Assembly (NCBI GenBank): GCA_014382285.1
Contig: JACNKA010000124.1
Location: forward strand, 1,647 to 65,646
DNA from: Nitrospinota bacterium
Lineage (GTDB): Bacteria > Nitrospinota > Nitrospinia > Nitrospinales > VA-1
Direction: 5' to 3'
Length of the DNA stretch: 64,000 nt
Shown: positions 1 to 8,589 of the stretch, piece after piece
Layout: every line of letters starts with the position of its first letter
Numbering within the stretch: position 1 is the stretch's first letter
Translations under genes and position numbers: made by a program
The notes under the pieces: model-generated
Told to the model about the DNA's origin: nothing
The model's input: only the letters and a program-made list of their open reading frames with translations
Database searches by the model: none

Positions 1-502
1 CCTGACCACCTGTGTTTGCATAGAGCTCATTATCAAAACAAATGGTGGTGAACTTTTCCTGACGGAACCAGGACTGCATGGTCATGTCCAGCCCGATATC
101 AACGGTCGCACCGTCACCAGCCAGAACAACTACATCTTTTTCAATATCTGGAAAGCGACACGCCAAAGTACGCTTCAGACCAGAAGCAATCGCATTCTGG
201 TTGCCAAACAAAGAATGGATATTATGCACAGCAACATGCGGGAACACCAAACTGGTACAACCAGTGGAACCGACAAATACAGTATTTTCTGGTGCCGGCA
301 AACTAGCCAGAATATAACGGAAAGCAATAGATTCGGGACAACCCGCACACAAAGAATGTTGCTCGATCAACTCTTTGGAAGAACCTATGTCCTTCCAGCC
401 ACGATCCTGGTTACCATAAGTAGCCGTTTCGACCAACTCCTGATACTCCGGCGGCATGACATCAGCCAAGTCTTCACATAAAACGATCTTTTCCTTGCTC
501 AT
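1..502 (-). CDS. 2-oxoacid:ferredoxin oxidoreductase beta (TPP-binding) subunit, partial; C-terminus runs off the window start
   Basis: Own translation of the minus strand from ATG at 502: MSKEKIVLCEDLADVMPPEYQ...HSLCAGCPESIAFRY...VVLAGDGATVDIGLDM...FDNELYANTGGQ. The GDG..DIG and NxxYxNTGGQ thiamine-diphosphate motifs are typical of PorB/KorB. No stop before position 1. Absent from the ORF track because it is truncated. Confidence 0.8.
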   Translation of the reverse strand, partial: MSKEKIVLCEDLADVMPPEYQELVETATYGNQDRGWKDIGSSKELIEQHSLCAGCPESIAFRYILASLPAPENTVFVGSTGCTSLVFPHVAVHNIHSLFGNQNAIASGLKRTLACRFPDIEKDVVVLAGDGATVDIGLDMTMQSWFRQEKFTTICFDNELYANTGGQ

Positions 503-560
503 ACAATTCCCCTTTATATTTAATTCCCGTCTGGGAAAGACTTAATTAATTTTAATTGCT

Positions 561-1805
561 CTAGCCAAGGGTCCCTCGAGAAGCGACCTCCATACCCAAA
601 TGCTTTTTGATCTCTTCAACAATAACTTCTGAAGGCATGGTCATGCCGCCTGCAACGTGTGGCCCAACATAAACCCTCTCGTTATCCGGGATATTGGCCT
701 TTATTTCACGAGCCAGCCATCCGGCGACATTAAACTCTGGAACAAAAATATGCTTCGCGTTTTTGGTCGCTTGCCGAATTTCCTCATAGGGGAACGGACG
801 AATTGTTTTTATTTTAACCAGTCCCACCTTGATGCCTTCTTCTTCAAGAAGTCGGATTGCTTCCCGGCTCTGCGATACTGCAGTTCCAGAACCCACAATA
901 AGAATCTCACGGTCTATATTTTCTTCGTCAATCAAACCATCAAGAAGAGGAATGGTGTGCTTGCGAGAACGCTCAACTGCCGCTTTGATTTCCTGTTGCC
1001 AGGAGGCATGGGTGGCATAACTGATATAATTGGATTTCATAACAAACGGATCGCGCATCATACGGATCGGTGCGGTTTCCATATCCATAACCGGTTGCGG
1101 ATTTCTGTACGGATCATAGGGGGTCAGGCATTTATCCAAAGGAGAAAGGTCTACCGTGTCCTTGGTGTGAGTCACGAAAAATCCGTCACAACATACCGCG
1201 ATGGGGACATGTACATCCGGTTGCTCGGCAACAATGAAACCTTTCAAAATAAAATCATAAAGGTCTTGTGCTGTTTCAGCGTGCCAAACCAGCATTCCCG
1301 TCTCAAGCAGATAATGCATTTCCAAAGTATCAGGCTGAATGCTCAGAGGGGAGTTGATTCCTCGACAAGTCACACAAACCTGAATGGGTAAACGAGACCC
1401 CGCCCACATGGGGAAGTTTTCCATAGCTCTCAGCGTACCCGGTCCTGCAGTCGTGGTGAATACGCGATGACCTCCAAAAGAGGCACCCGCACATTGACCC
1501 ATAACAGCAAATTCACTCTCACCGCGGAAGTATTCATCCAGATAACCTTCTGCATAAATTTCGCCGATCAAAGCCGCCGCTTCACTTTGGGGTGTAATGG
1601 GGTAAGCGACAGAAGTACCAACACTGGCTCGCTTGATCGCTTCACGAATGACCTCACTACCGGTCAGGAAATTGGGCGTTTGTTCAGAGTTATAAAAAAT
1701 ATCATTGATATCAGTATAAGTCTGGTTCATCTTGTTCTTCTGGCCGAGTTTCACATGTTTCGAAGCTATGATTCTCTTATTTTTAAGCTCCACTTGTTTA
1801 TTCAT
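561..1805 (-). CDS. 2-oxoacid:ferredoxin oxidoreductase alpha subunit (PorA/KorA type)
   Basis: 414-aa ORF with GGGAG about 8 nt upstream of ATG at 1805. AYPITPQSE motif and layout are typical of OFOR alpha subunits. Lies directly upstream of the beta subunit gene on the same strand. Confidence 0.8.
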   Translation of the reverse strand: MNKQVELKNKRIIASKHVKLGQKNKMNQTYTDINDIFYNSEQTPNFLTGSEVIREAIKRASVGTSVAYPITPQSEAAALIGEIYAEGYLDEYFRGESEFAVMGQCAGASFGGHRVFTTTAGPGTLRAMENFPMWAGSRLPIQVCVTCRGINSPLSIQPDTLEMHYLLETGMLVWHAETAQDLYDFILKGFIVAEQPDVHVPIAVCCDGFFVTHTKDTVDLSPLDKCLTPYDPYRNPQPVMDMETAPIRMMRDPFVMKSNYISYATHASWQQEIKAAVERSRKHTIPLLDGLIDEENIDREILIVGSGTAVSQSREAIRLLEEEGIKVGLVKIKTIRPFPYEEIRQATKNAKHIFVPEFNVAGWLAREIKANIPDNERVYVGPHVAGGMTMPSEVIVEEIKKHLGMEVASRGTLG

Positions 1806-1881
1806 AAATTTACTCCCGTATAAAGAGTGCTTTAAAGTGATTAATTTTTCTTCTTAAATCTAAAAAGACTTTTCAAGCATA

Positions 1882-2520
1882 TTAAGCCGGAACGATCGGG
1901 CCGGAACGACTCATTTTAAATTGAGTGAAAGGAATCGCCTGAGATTCCACACCCTCCGATTTCAATTTTTTTATCGTACCCTTGAGCTTTTCTATCATAG
2001 TCAGGTCTGCGTCACGGAAAGAAAGACAAGCGTCTTCATGCCCAGACATGGCACACATTGCAATTGTATAACAACTGGTGCCGCCACGGATAATCTTTAG
2101 AGATAAATTAGCCATATGGCAATGGACTCCGATAAAAATACAGACATCGATTTTGTTATGCCAAATGGTCAGATTGGGATGGTTGGGATTAATTTCAACC
2201 GCCGCTTCGATCTTAGGGTACTTGGGACGATAGTCAGCCATCGGGATTATCCGCATCGGAGCTTCAATTGCCAACTCACGTATAGCCTTAGCTTTTTCGG
2301 CCACATGATCGGTCCATTTCCAGAGAACCAAAGGCCCCGGAAAAATAGTTGGAACTTTGGCGCCTAAAATCATTCTGGCAGCTTTTTCATATGCCTCTTC
2401 CTCAGGCACAATTTTACCCCCAATATGCGCTTCACCAGGATCAGGCAAAACGTTTCCCATTGATGCAGCGGCAGGAGGTAAAAACGCCTCCGGTCCGGGT
2501 TTGACCTCATAGTGGCTCAT
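1882..2520 (-). CDS. Conserved protein upstream of the OFOR alpha gene; possible accessory (fifth) subunit of a five-subunit-type OFOR
   Basis: 212-aa ORF, same strand, 76 nt upstream of the alpha gene. Has several Cys but no 2x[4Fe-4S] CxxCxxCxxxCP motif, so it is not the delta ferredoxin subunit. Function inferred from position only. Confidence 0.45.
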   Translation of the reverse strand: MSHYEVKPGPEAFLPPAAASMGNVLPDPGEAHIGGKIVPEEEAYEKAARMILGAKVPTIFPGPLVLWKWTDHVAEKAKAIRELAIEAPMRIIPMADYRPKYPKIEAAVEINPNHPNLTIWHNKIDVCIFIGVHCHMANLSLKIIRGGTSCYTIAMCAMSGHEDACLSFRDADLTMIEKLKGTIKKLKSEGVESQAIPFTQFKMSRSGPIVPA

Positions 2521-2904
2521 TCTGATAACCCTTCGTCTGTAAGTTAAATTTGAAGAAAAGAGTGCTTAATATAAACCAGCCAAAAAAAGTTGTCAAACCT
2601 TTATGGTTAAAATCATTTTGACCTTTCTAGCGCCTTCTCGTGTACCCAGTATATCTCGGCTCCACTGCGCACCATATTAAGTATTATCTCCAAACCCCGA
2701 AATCGCCTCAGACCCGCAGGCGCCCTCATTCAAAGAAAACCACATAACCCCCTTACTTAACAGGTCACTAGCGGAACAAAAGGCTCGAAAAATATAAAAC
2801 ATTTCGACAATTCCTGCATATCTGTCCACATCGGCAAGGGCCTGAAAAACCCAATCGCAAGCGCATCACGAATTTAACAGATCGCATGAAATATCTTTAG
2901 TGGT

Positions 2905-3048
2905 ATCCCCCCTTCGCTTGTGTCATGCTCCGAAGGGGTACGCCGAGTGGCCCCTTGCAGGGGAGGCAGATAGCAATGACTTGTTAAGCCGCCTACACGT
3001 TTTGCCCGCCAACTAAACTTATGGCTCATTGGCTCCACGCCGAGTGGG
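2905..3048. repeat. Copy (short variant) of the dispersed structured intergenic repeat family
   Basis: Hairpin CCCCTTCG-N14-CGAAGGGG (2909-2938), then TACGCCGAGTGG, CCCCTTGCAGGGG, GCAGATAGCAATGACTTGT and TTTGCCCGCCAACTAAACTT..CATTGGCTCCACGCCGAGTGG. Modules are shared with 13351-13500, 15791-15940, 7497-7630 and 60604-60649. Confidence 0.6.
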
Positions 3049-3051
3049 CAG

Positions 3052-3561
3052 TTAGAGTTTCATTTTCAGATCCTGCAACATCAAAAGGTGCTTTTTCTCC
3101 TCGACCAGCAAATGTGAAAAGATGGCCTTCACATCCAGTTTTTTCTCTTTCTCCAGTAAACTCTGAAGTATTTCTATCGATCTTTTTTCCGATTCAATTC
3201 CCAGCTCAAGAGCCTGCATGTCGTTATGAATTTCTTGCGCAGCAGAAGCCGTCAAGGCTGGAAAAATTTTGCCCTTCAGCTCTTCAACTATAAAGCGCGA
3301 CAAATGCTCTTTCGGTCTGTTCTGCCCCGCTATCGCTGGTTGCAAATAGCGGGATTTTTCCTGCAGAGTCTGAATATGCTCGCGTTCTTCATCGGCTAAA
3401 CGGGAAAACATCTCCCGCACCTGAGGGTTTTGAATCTTCTTGCCCGCCGACTCATAAAAAAACAGACCTTCCTTTTCAATGAACAGGCTGATTTCAATAG
3501 CGTCCGCACATTGAAACGAAGCTCTACTCGGATCCTCGTTTCCTGGTTTTCCTTTTTCCAT
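3052..3561 (-). CDS. Ferritin-like / rubrerythrin-domain protein
   Basis: 169-aa ORF with AGGGG SD. Paired ExxH-type helices (ADEEREHIQ, LVEEKKHLL and GIESEKRSIE) resemble diiron ferritin-like four-helix bundles. Confidence 0.6.
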   Translation of the reverse strand: MEKGKPGNEDPSRASFQCADAIEISLFIEKEGLFFYESAGKKIQNPQVREMFSRLADEEREHIQTLQEKSRYLQPAIAGQNRPKEHLSRFIVEELKGKIFPALTASAAQEIHNDMQALELGIESEKRSIEILQSLLEKEKKLDVKAIFSHLLVEEKKHLLMLQDLKMKL

Positions 3562-3748
3562 TCACACCCCTAAAATCTTAAAGGCACTTGCTAAGGACCA
3601 TCTTGCGTCGCCCCGGATTTTGAATAAACAATTTATCACAGCTTTGCGTCCACTTCTTTTGAAGAATCGACAGAAAACCACAGGAATCAAATTTCCTCAA
3701 TAAAAAGAATGTGTTATAGTTGGGATAGAAAACTTGGAGCTGGTGACC

Positions 3749-4252
3749 ATGCCTGTAAAAATGGAATTTCAACCCCGGTCAATGCCCGAAACAAATACAT
3801 CACTTAGCAGAATCCGAATTATGAAAAAAGTCGACATATTTACCGATGGGGGATGCAAAGGCAATCCAGGACCCGGCGGTTATGGGTGCATTCTCAAACA
3901 AAATGACCGCATTAAGGAAATCAAGGGGGGACACCCGCAAACCACCAATAACATAATGGAAATGACCGCCGCAATCGTTGCCCTGAAACAACTTAAGGGA
4001 CCCTGCGATATTAGATTAACGACCGACTCACAGTATGTCGTAAAGGGTATGACAGAGTGGATGAAAGGCTGGATTCGCAATGGCTGGAAAACAGCCTCGC
4101 GCCAACCGGTTAAAAACAAAGAGCTCTGGCAGGAACTGGATAAGGTGAGCCGACCTCATACCATCAAATGGATTTGGGTGAAGGGCCACAATGGCCACCC
4201 GCAAAACGAACGCTGTGACCAACTGGCTAATGAAGCCATCGCGGAACTTTAG
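3749..4252 (+). CDS. rnhA: Ribonuclease HI
   Basis: [19 protein letters not shown]...[11 protein letters not shown]...TDSQYV...[18 protein letters not shown] matches the RNase HI D-E-D-D catalytic core. Start is uncertain: ATG 3749 with GGAG upstream, or ATG 3821 (MKKVDIF), which matches canonical length. Confidence 0.9.
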   Translation: MPVKMEFQPRSMPETNTSLSRIRIMKKVDIFTDGGCKGNPGPGGYGCILKQNDRIKEIKGGHPQTTNNIMEMTAAIVALKQLKGPCDIRLTTDSQYVVKGMTEWMKGWIRNGWKTASRQPVKNKELWQELDKVSRPHTIKWIWVKGHNGHPQNERCDQLANEAIAEL

Positions 4253-4335
4253 GATGTTTACAAAAATCTACGCTGTGGCGCACGGGTATACATAACCCAT
4301 CATAATGAACCGTCAATTTTTCATCGGAAGATAGA

Positions 4336-5703
4336 ATGATGATCCCGCACCCATCTTTTTCCAAAAAAACTCTTTTGAAAAAAAAATCTGCTCTCCCGCA
4401 TATCATTATTCTCGGCCTTTTCTTTTTAGTCGCATCCTGCTCCACCAAAGGGCCCGGCTCCCCGAGCGCATCCTACCCGGATCGCACCGGAAAATATGAA
4501 GACTCCAGAAACTATAATTTCGACTACCGGCAAGACAGGCTCCAGAAACAAGATGAAAAAACGGAAAAAGAGCTGGAGCAAGATTCCGAATCGTTCGACG
4601 ATCCAGCAACACTGCTGGCGGGTTTCGCCGACGATTTGAGCCGCGCCTCTCTGGAAAAAGCCATCACGAACCAACTCCAGGCCATGTTTGAACAAGAGCT
4701 TTCCACGCCAGTGAGGTTGGGATCATTCACCCTGACGTGCGGACGTCTTGTAGAAACTCTCGAAGCTTTTTTAGAAATTCTAAAACAAGACCTGCCTTTT
4801 GAGGAATTCAATAAAAAGATTTCCGAAGAGTTCGCTCTTCATCAGGTTGGCAAAGGAAAAAACAAAAAAGTATTGTTCACCGGCTACTACCGCCCCATCA
4901 TTCAGGCCAGCCCAGTACAAACCGATCTCTACCGCTACCCCATCTACCAGATGCCCGAACAAGGCCTGCAACAAGTGAAATATAAAAAAGGCATTCAACT
5001 GGTCGGTACCAATACAGGGATAAAAAAAATCCGCGAATCATATACCGAGAACAAGGTGTGGCGGCGTTTTACCCGCGAGGAAATTGACCACAAAGGTGCC
5101 TTAAAGGGGCAAGGGCTAGAGGTCGCATGGCTTAAGGACGATCTTGAACGATTCTTCCTTCACATCCAAGGTTCCGGCATGCTGGAATTTCCCGATGGCA
5201 GTCAGCAGGGGGTTGGCTATCAGGGCTCCAATCAACATTCCTATACGGGTATCGGGAAATTGATGATTCGGGATGGGGCTATCAATACCTCACAAGGTTC
5301 CATGCAGGGCATCAAAAAATATTTCATCGATCATCCACAGGATGTCGCCAAGTACCTCTACCAAAATAAACGCTATATTTTTTTCTCTCTCAATAATGAT
5401 GAAGGGCCGCGTGGATCAGGAGGCGGAGAGCTGGTGGGCGGACGTTCTATCGCCACCGACAAATCCATATACCCGGCTGGGGGACTGGCCTTCATAAAAG
5501 TCCGGCAACCTGTGCTCGACGAGAACAACAAGATCATACGCTGGCAACCCATTTCAAGATTTGTGGTGGATCAGGATACAGGAAGCGCGATTCGCGGCCC
5601 CGGACGAGGGGATCTGTTTTTTGGCACCGGGCAAAAAGCCGGCGCTAAAGCGGGCCACTACCATGAACGGGGAGAGGTCTATTACCTGATCAAAAGAAGT
5701 TAA
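4336..5703 (+). CDS. mltA: Membrane-bound lytic murein transglycosylase A (MltA family) lipoprotein
   Basis: Lipobox LVASC near the N-terminus. LHIQGSG, GRSIATD and VDQDTGSAIRG..RGDLFFG motifs belong to the MltA/3D domain. Confidence 0.85.
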   Translation: MMIPHPSFSKKTLLKKKSALPHIIILGLFFLVASCSTKGPGSPSASYPDRTGKYEDSRNYNFDYRQDRLQKQDEKTEKELEQDSESFDDPATLLAGFADDLSRASLEKAITNQLQAMFEQELSTPVRLGSFTLTCGRLVETLEAFLEILKQDLPFEEFNKKISEEFALHQVGKGKNKKVLFTGYYRPIIQASPVQTDLYRYPIYQMPEQGLQQVKYKKGIQLVGTNTGIKKIRESYTENKVWRRFTREEIDHKGALKGQGLEVAWLKDDLERFFLHIQGSGMLEFPDGSQQGVGYQGSNQHSYTGIGKLMIRDGAINTSQGSMQGIKKYFIDHPQDVAKYLYQNKRYIFFSLNNDEGPRGSGGGELVGGRSIATDKSIYPAGGLAFIKVRQPVLDENNKIIRWQPISRFVVDQDTGSAIRGPGRGDLFFGTGQKAGAKAGHYHERGEVYYLIKRS

Positions 5704-5761
5704 AACCAGCAATCCGCCGGACCTTATTTCCCAAGGGGCACTTAAGACCAGGATGCCCCGT

Positions 5762-6304
5762 TTACTCTTCGCTGTATAACGACACCAGGCGCTTGTCGAT
5801 AAAATCCATCCTTTCATCGGGAACCATTAACTGCTCTTTTGCCGAATCGCCATGGACTGCCGAATAATCCAGCCTTGCGGGGTTTCGTTTGATCATGCAG
5901 GCAAAGGTAATGGTCTCGGGCTTCTCTTCCACTTCCAGATAATCCACTGCACGGATGAATGAATGCCCGGTGGTGGCAATGTCATCCACAATCAGCCAAT
6001 GCGTTTCCGGAGAATGAGCAGCGGCAGCGATCTGAGCGTAGTCCAAGCGTTTTTTTGGCATGATGTAGAAAGGCAGGTTCATCAGTTTGGATAACTGATG
6101 ACCGATGCGGATACCTTGAGTTTCACAGCCCACCACCACACTGAACTTGCCGTGTTGCTTTTGCCATTCCAAAAGTTTTTTCAGAAGAATCTCGCAATAA
6201 GCCTCGTTCATGGCATCCGACAGATCTCCATACTCATAGGTGTAAGTCGATTTAACCCCTGAACTGAGAACAAAATTTCCTTTTTTTGTGATTCTGGAAA
6301 ACAC
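5762..6304 (-). CDS. Phosphoribosyltransferase family protein
   Basis: WLIVDDIATTGHS PRPP-binding motif in a 180-aa ORF. Confidence 0.7.
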   Translation of the reverse strand: MFSRITKKGNFVLSSGVKSTYTYEYGDLSDAMNEAYCEILLKKLLEWQKQHGKFSVVVGCETQGIRIGHQLSKLMNLPFYIMPKKRLDYAQIAAAAHSPETHWLIVDDIATTGHSFIRAVDYLEVEEKPETITFACMIKRNPARLDYSAVHGDSAKEQLMVPDERMDFIDKRLVSLYSEE

Positions 6305-6411
6305 CTTAAACCCTCCCTAATAAAAACAAAATTAACCACTCGAGGAAAGTGTGACGCTGGATCGAATGGACACTGGCACTTTCAATCGTGATGACTATTT
6401 CCCAACCCACG

Positions 6412-7080
6412 CTATTGCGACCAACCATATTTTCCTATCAGCGGAACAAATTTACAATCACCTAAATCCCGGCGACTGACGCGATCTCCGTTTTTGCTCA
6501 ACACCACCAGCTTCTGTTTATCTGCTTCGCCGATGGGAGCCACCAGCCGGCCGCCGTCTCCCAACTGCTTGACCAGCGATTCAGGAATCTCCCGGGCCGA
6601 AGCCGTTATCAAGATAGCATCAAACGGAGCCTGATCTGGCCAGCCATAAGTTCCATCGAACATCTTAAAAACAATGTTCATATAGTTCAAGCCTTCTAAA
6701 ATATTCTGGGCTTTACGGGAAAGATTGTTCAAACGCTCAATGGTAAAAACCTGGCGGGCCAGTTCCGCAATAATAGCTGTTTGGTAACCAGAGCCAGTGC
6801 CAATTTCGAGAACCCTTTCTTCGCCTTTCAGGCCAAGTGCCTCCGTCATAGCTCCCACTATATAAGGTTGGGAAAGCGTCTGGTTTTCTCCTATCGGCAG
6901 GGGCGTGTCGCCATAGGCCCGGTGTTGCAGGGAATCCTGGGCAAACAGGTGGCGAGGCACCCGGCTCATCACTTCCAGCAGGCGTAGATCCTTGACCCCA
7001 CGTTCGACCAGTTGCTCTTCAACCATTTTGCGGCGTTGTCCGGCGTAGGATTGGATCAATTCCGGAGATAAACGATTCAT
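6412..7080 (-). CDS. pcm: Protein-L-isoaspartate O-methyltransferase
   Basis: VLEIGTGSGYQTAIIAEL SAM-binding motif, with length and remaining sequence typical of Pcm. Confidence 0.9.
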   Translation of the reverse strand: MNRLSPELIQSYAGQRRKMVEEQLVERGVKDLRLLEVMSRVPRHLFAQDSLQHRAYGDTPLPIGENQTLSQPYIVGAMTEALGLKGEERVLEIGTGSGYQTAIIAELARQVFTIERLNNLSRKAQNILEGLNYMNIVFKMFDGTYGWPDQAPFDAILITASAREIPESLVKQLGDGGRLVAPIGEADKQKLVVLSKNGDRVSRRDLGDCKFVPLIGKYGWSQ

Positions 7081-7129
7081 AACCTCTCCATAGGGTATGG
7101 AAATTCTATTTGTATAGGACTTGTTTCGC

Positions 7130-7444
7130 TCAGGAAAGAAACTGATTGTCCGGGTCCATCTCTTCCCATCTGGCTTTACGAAACGGATTCATTCCAGAGA
7201 GCGAGTAAGGCAGGGCATTCATCTTGCTGGGGTTTTGGTAAAAAACCCACTCCCAGCAGCCTGATCGTTTATCGTATTTGAGAAGGTAAATATTGTCATC
7301 ATCCGCCTTAACTTTAAAATAAGACGCACCTTCTCCATACCAACGGTCAAGGATCTCCTCCACCTTGTAACGACTGTCCTTCAGGATGAAGGCTTCCGGG
7401 TTTTCCTGTAATTGCGATCCTGTATAACATTCCACCTTAAGCAT
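7130..7444 (-). CDS. Hypothetical protein
   Basis: 104-aa ORF in a co-directional run of genes. No motif recognised. Confidence 0.5.
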   Translation of the reverse strand: MLKVECYTGSQLQENPEAFILKDSRYKVEEILDRWYGEGASYFKVKADDDNIYLLKYDKRSGCWEWVFYQNPSKMNALPYSLSGMNPFRKARWEEMDPDNQFLS

Positions 7445-7496
7445 GCGGTAATGGTATGACTTTCAATAATGATTGTAAAGAGCTAAAGCTCCAGAC

Positions 7497-7630
7497 CGCG
7501 CCCGGTGGGGATATGGCAATGACTTGTGATAGCTGCTGGAAGTCAGCGGAAAAAATATCCACCTCGTCTACACCGCCTGTTTGCATAAGAAAGCAATAGC
7601 CCATCCCCCCGTTAAGGGGCCACGGGCGGG
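7497..7630. repeat. Intergenic repeat element related to the 2.9-kb copy, with short terminal inverted repeats (MITE/REP-like)
   Basis: GGGGATATGGCAATGACTTGTGATAGC (7507-7533) resembles GGGGAGGCAGATAGCAATGACTTGTTAAGC at 2960-2989. Ends are CGCCCGGTGG (7497-7506) and CCACGGGCG (7620-7628), which are near reverse complements. Confidence 0.5.
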
Positions 7631-7719
7631 AAAATTACTGTTATAATTCACAAAAGGCCCCAGTTTTCTGGAGCCGGACAATAATTTTTCTATCCCCTTA
7701 CCAGAGAAAAACCGCCACC

Positions 7720-8583
7720 ATGACTGAACCGGAACTGGGGAAAATACGCCAGCACCTGGAAAATATAGTGGGCGAAAGAAACCCCTTCACCCAACCCGAA
7801 CATCTGGAGACAACGGCACAATATCTGCTCAACCAGTTTGAAGCAATGGGACTGGAAGTCACTCGGGAAACGGTGGAGTTTGAGGGCACCCGGTCGCAAA
7901 ATATCCTGGCGCATACGCCAGACACCAGCGATGACCTTTTTGTTCTCGCAGCGCATTACGACTCGGTCCCCGATACACCCGGAGCCGATGACAACGCCAG
8001 TGCCGTCGCGGCACTTTTAGAAATTGCCCAGGTTCTCAGCCATACCCCACTGCAAAAATCCCTGATTTTTTCAGCCTTCACTTTGGAAGAGTATGGGTTC
8101 ATCGGCGCCAAACATTTTATCGAACGCGACCCTGAACGAAAAAAAAGACTTTCTGCAATGATCTCTCTGGAAATGCTGGGCTTCAAAAATCCACAACCCG
8201 GTTCCCAGTCTTATCCTCCTTATGTAGACATCAACCAGTATCCAGATACCGGGGATTTTATAGCGGTCGTGGGAAACGAGCCATCGGCAGGTCTGGCAAA
8301 GGCTCTAGCCCATGAAATGGCCCGCTCTGTCCCCGCTCTTAAAGTGGAAACCCTAGTGGTTCCGGGGCAGGGAGAAAATTTCTCGGAAGTCCGTTTGAGC
8401 GACCATTCCCCATTCTGGGACGCAGGCATTCCTGCTGTCATGGTCACCGACACGGCTTTCTTCAGGAACCCTAATTATCACAAGCCCAGCGATACGCTCG
8501 AAACCCTGGATCTGGAGTTCATTCGAGATAATGCGCAGGCGGTGACCGCATTCCTGAAACAATTTCTGAATCAGACAAGCTGA
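7720..8583 (+). CDS. M28 family metallopeptidase (aminopeptidase)
   Basis: AAHYDSVPDTPGADDNASAVAALLE and EEYGFIGAKHF zinc-ligand regions of the M28 family. Confidence 0.8.
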   Translation: MTEPELGKIRQHLENIVGERNPFTQPEHLETTAQYLLNQFEAMGLEVTRETVEFEGTRSQNILAHTPDTSDDLFVLAAHYDSVPDTPGADDNASAVAALLEIAQVLSHTPLQKSLIFSAFTLEEYGFIGAKHFIERDPERKKRLSAMISLEMLGFKNPQPGSQSYPPYVDINQYPDTGDFIAVVGNEPSAGLAKALAHEMARSVPALKVETLVVPGQGENFSEVRLSDHSPFWDAGIPAVMVTDTAFFRNPNYHKPSDTLETLDLEFIRDNAQAVTAFLKQFLNQTS

Positions 8584-8589
8584 GGTTAA

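Noticed and set aside
657-1391. 244-aa plus-strand ORF (and 1467..1823) antisense to the OFOR alpha gene
   Set aside because: It lies wholly inside a well-supported minus-strand gene, its composition is odd (rich in R/H/I/F) and it has no start context. A typical shadow ORF.
3734-3748. TTG start at 3734 for rnhA as drawn in the ORF track
   Set aside because: The conserved RNase HI core starts near 3821. ATG 3749 (with GGAG) or ATG 3821 are more plausible starts.
6374-6389. TGGCAC-N5-ATCGT as a sigma54 promoter (also TGGCAC at about 40975)
   Set aside because: It lacks the conserved GC of the -12 element, and the orientation and position do not precede a gene start.
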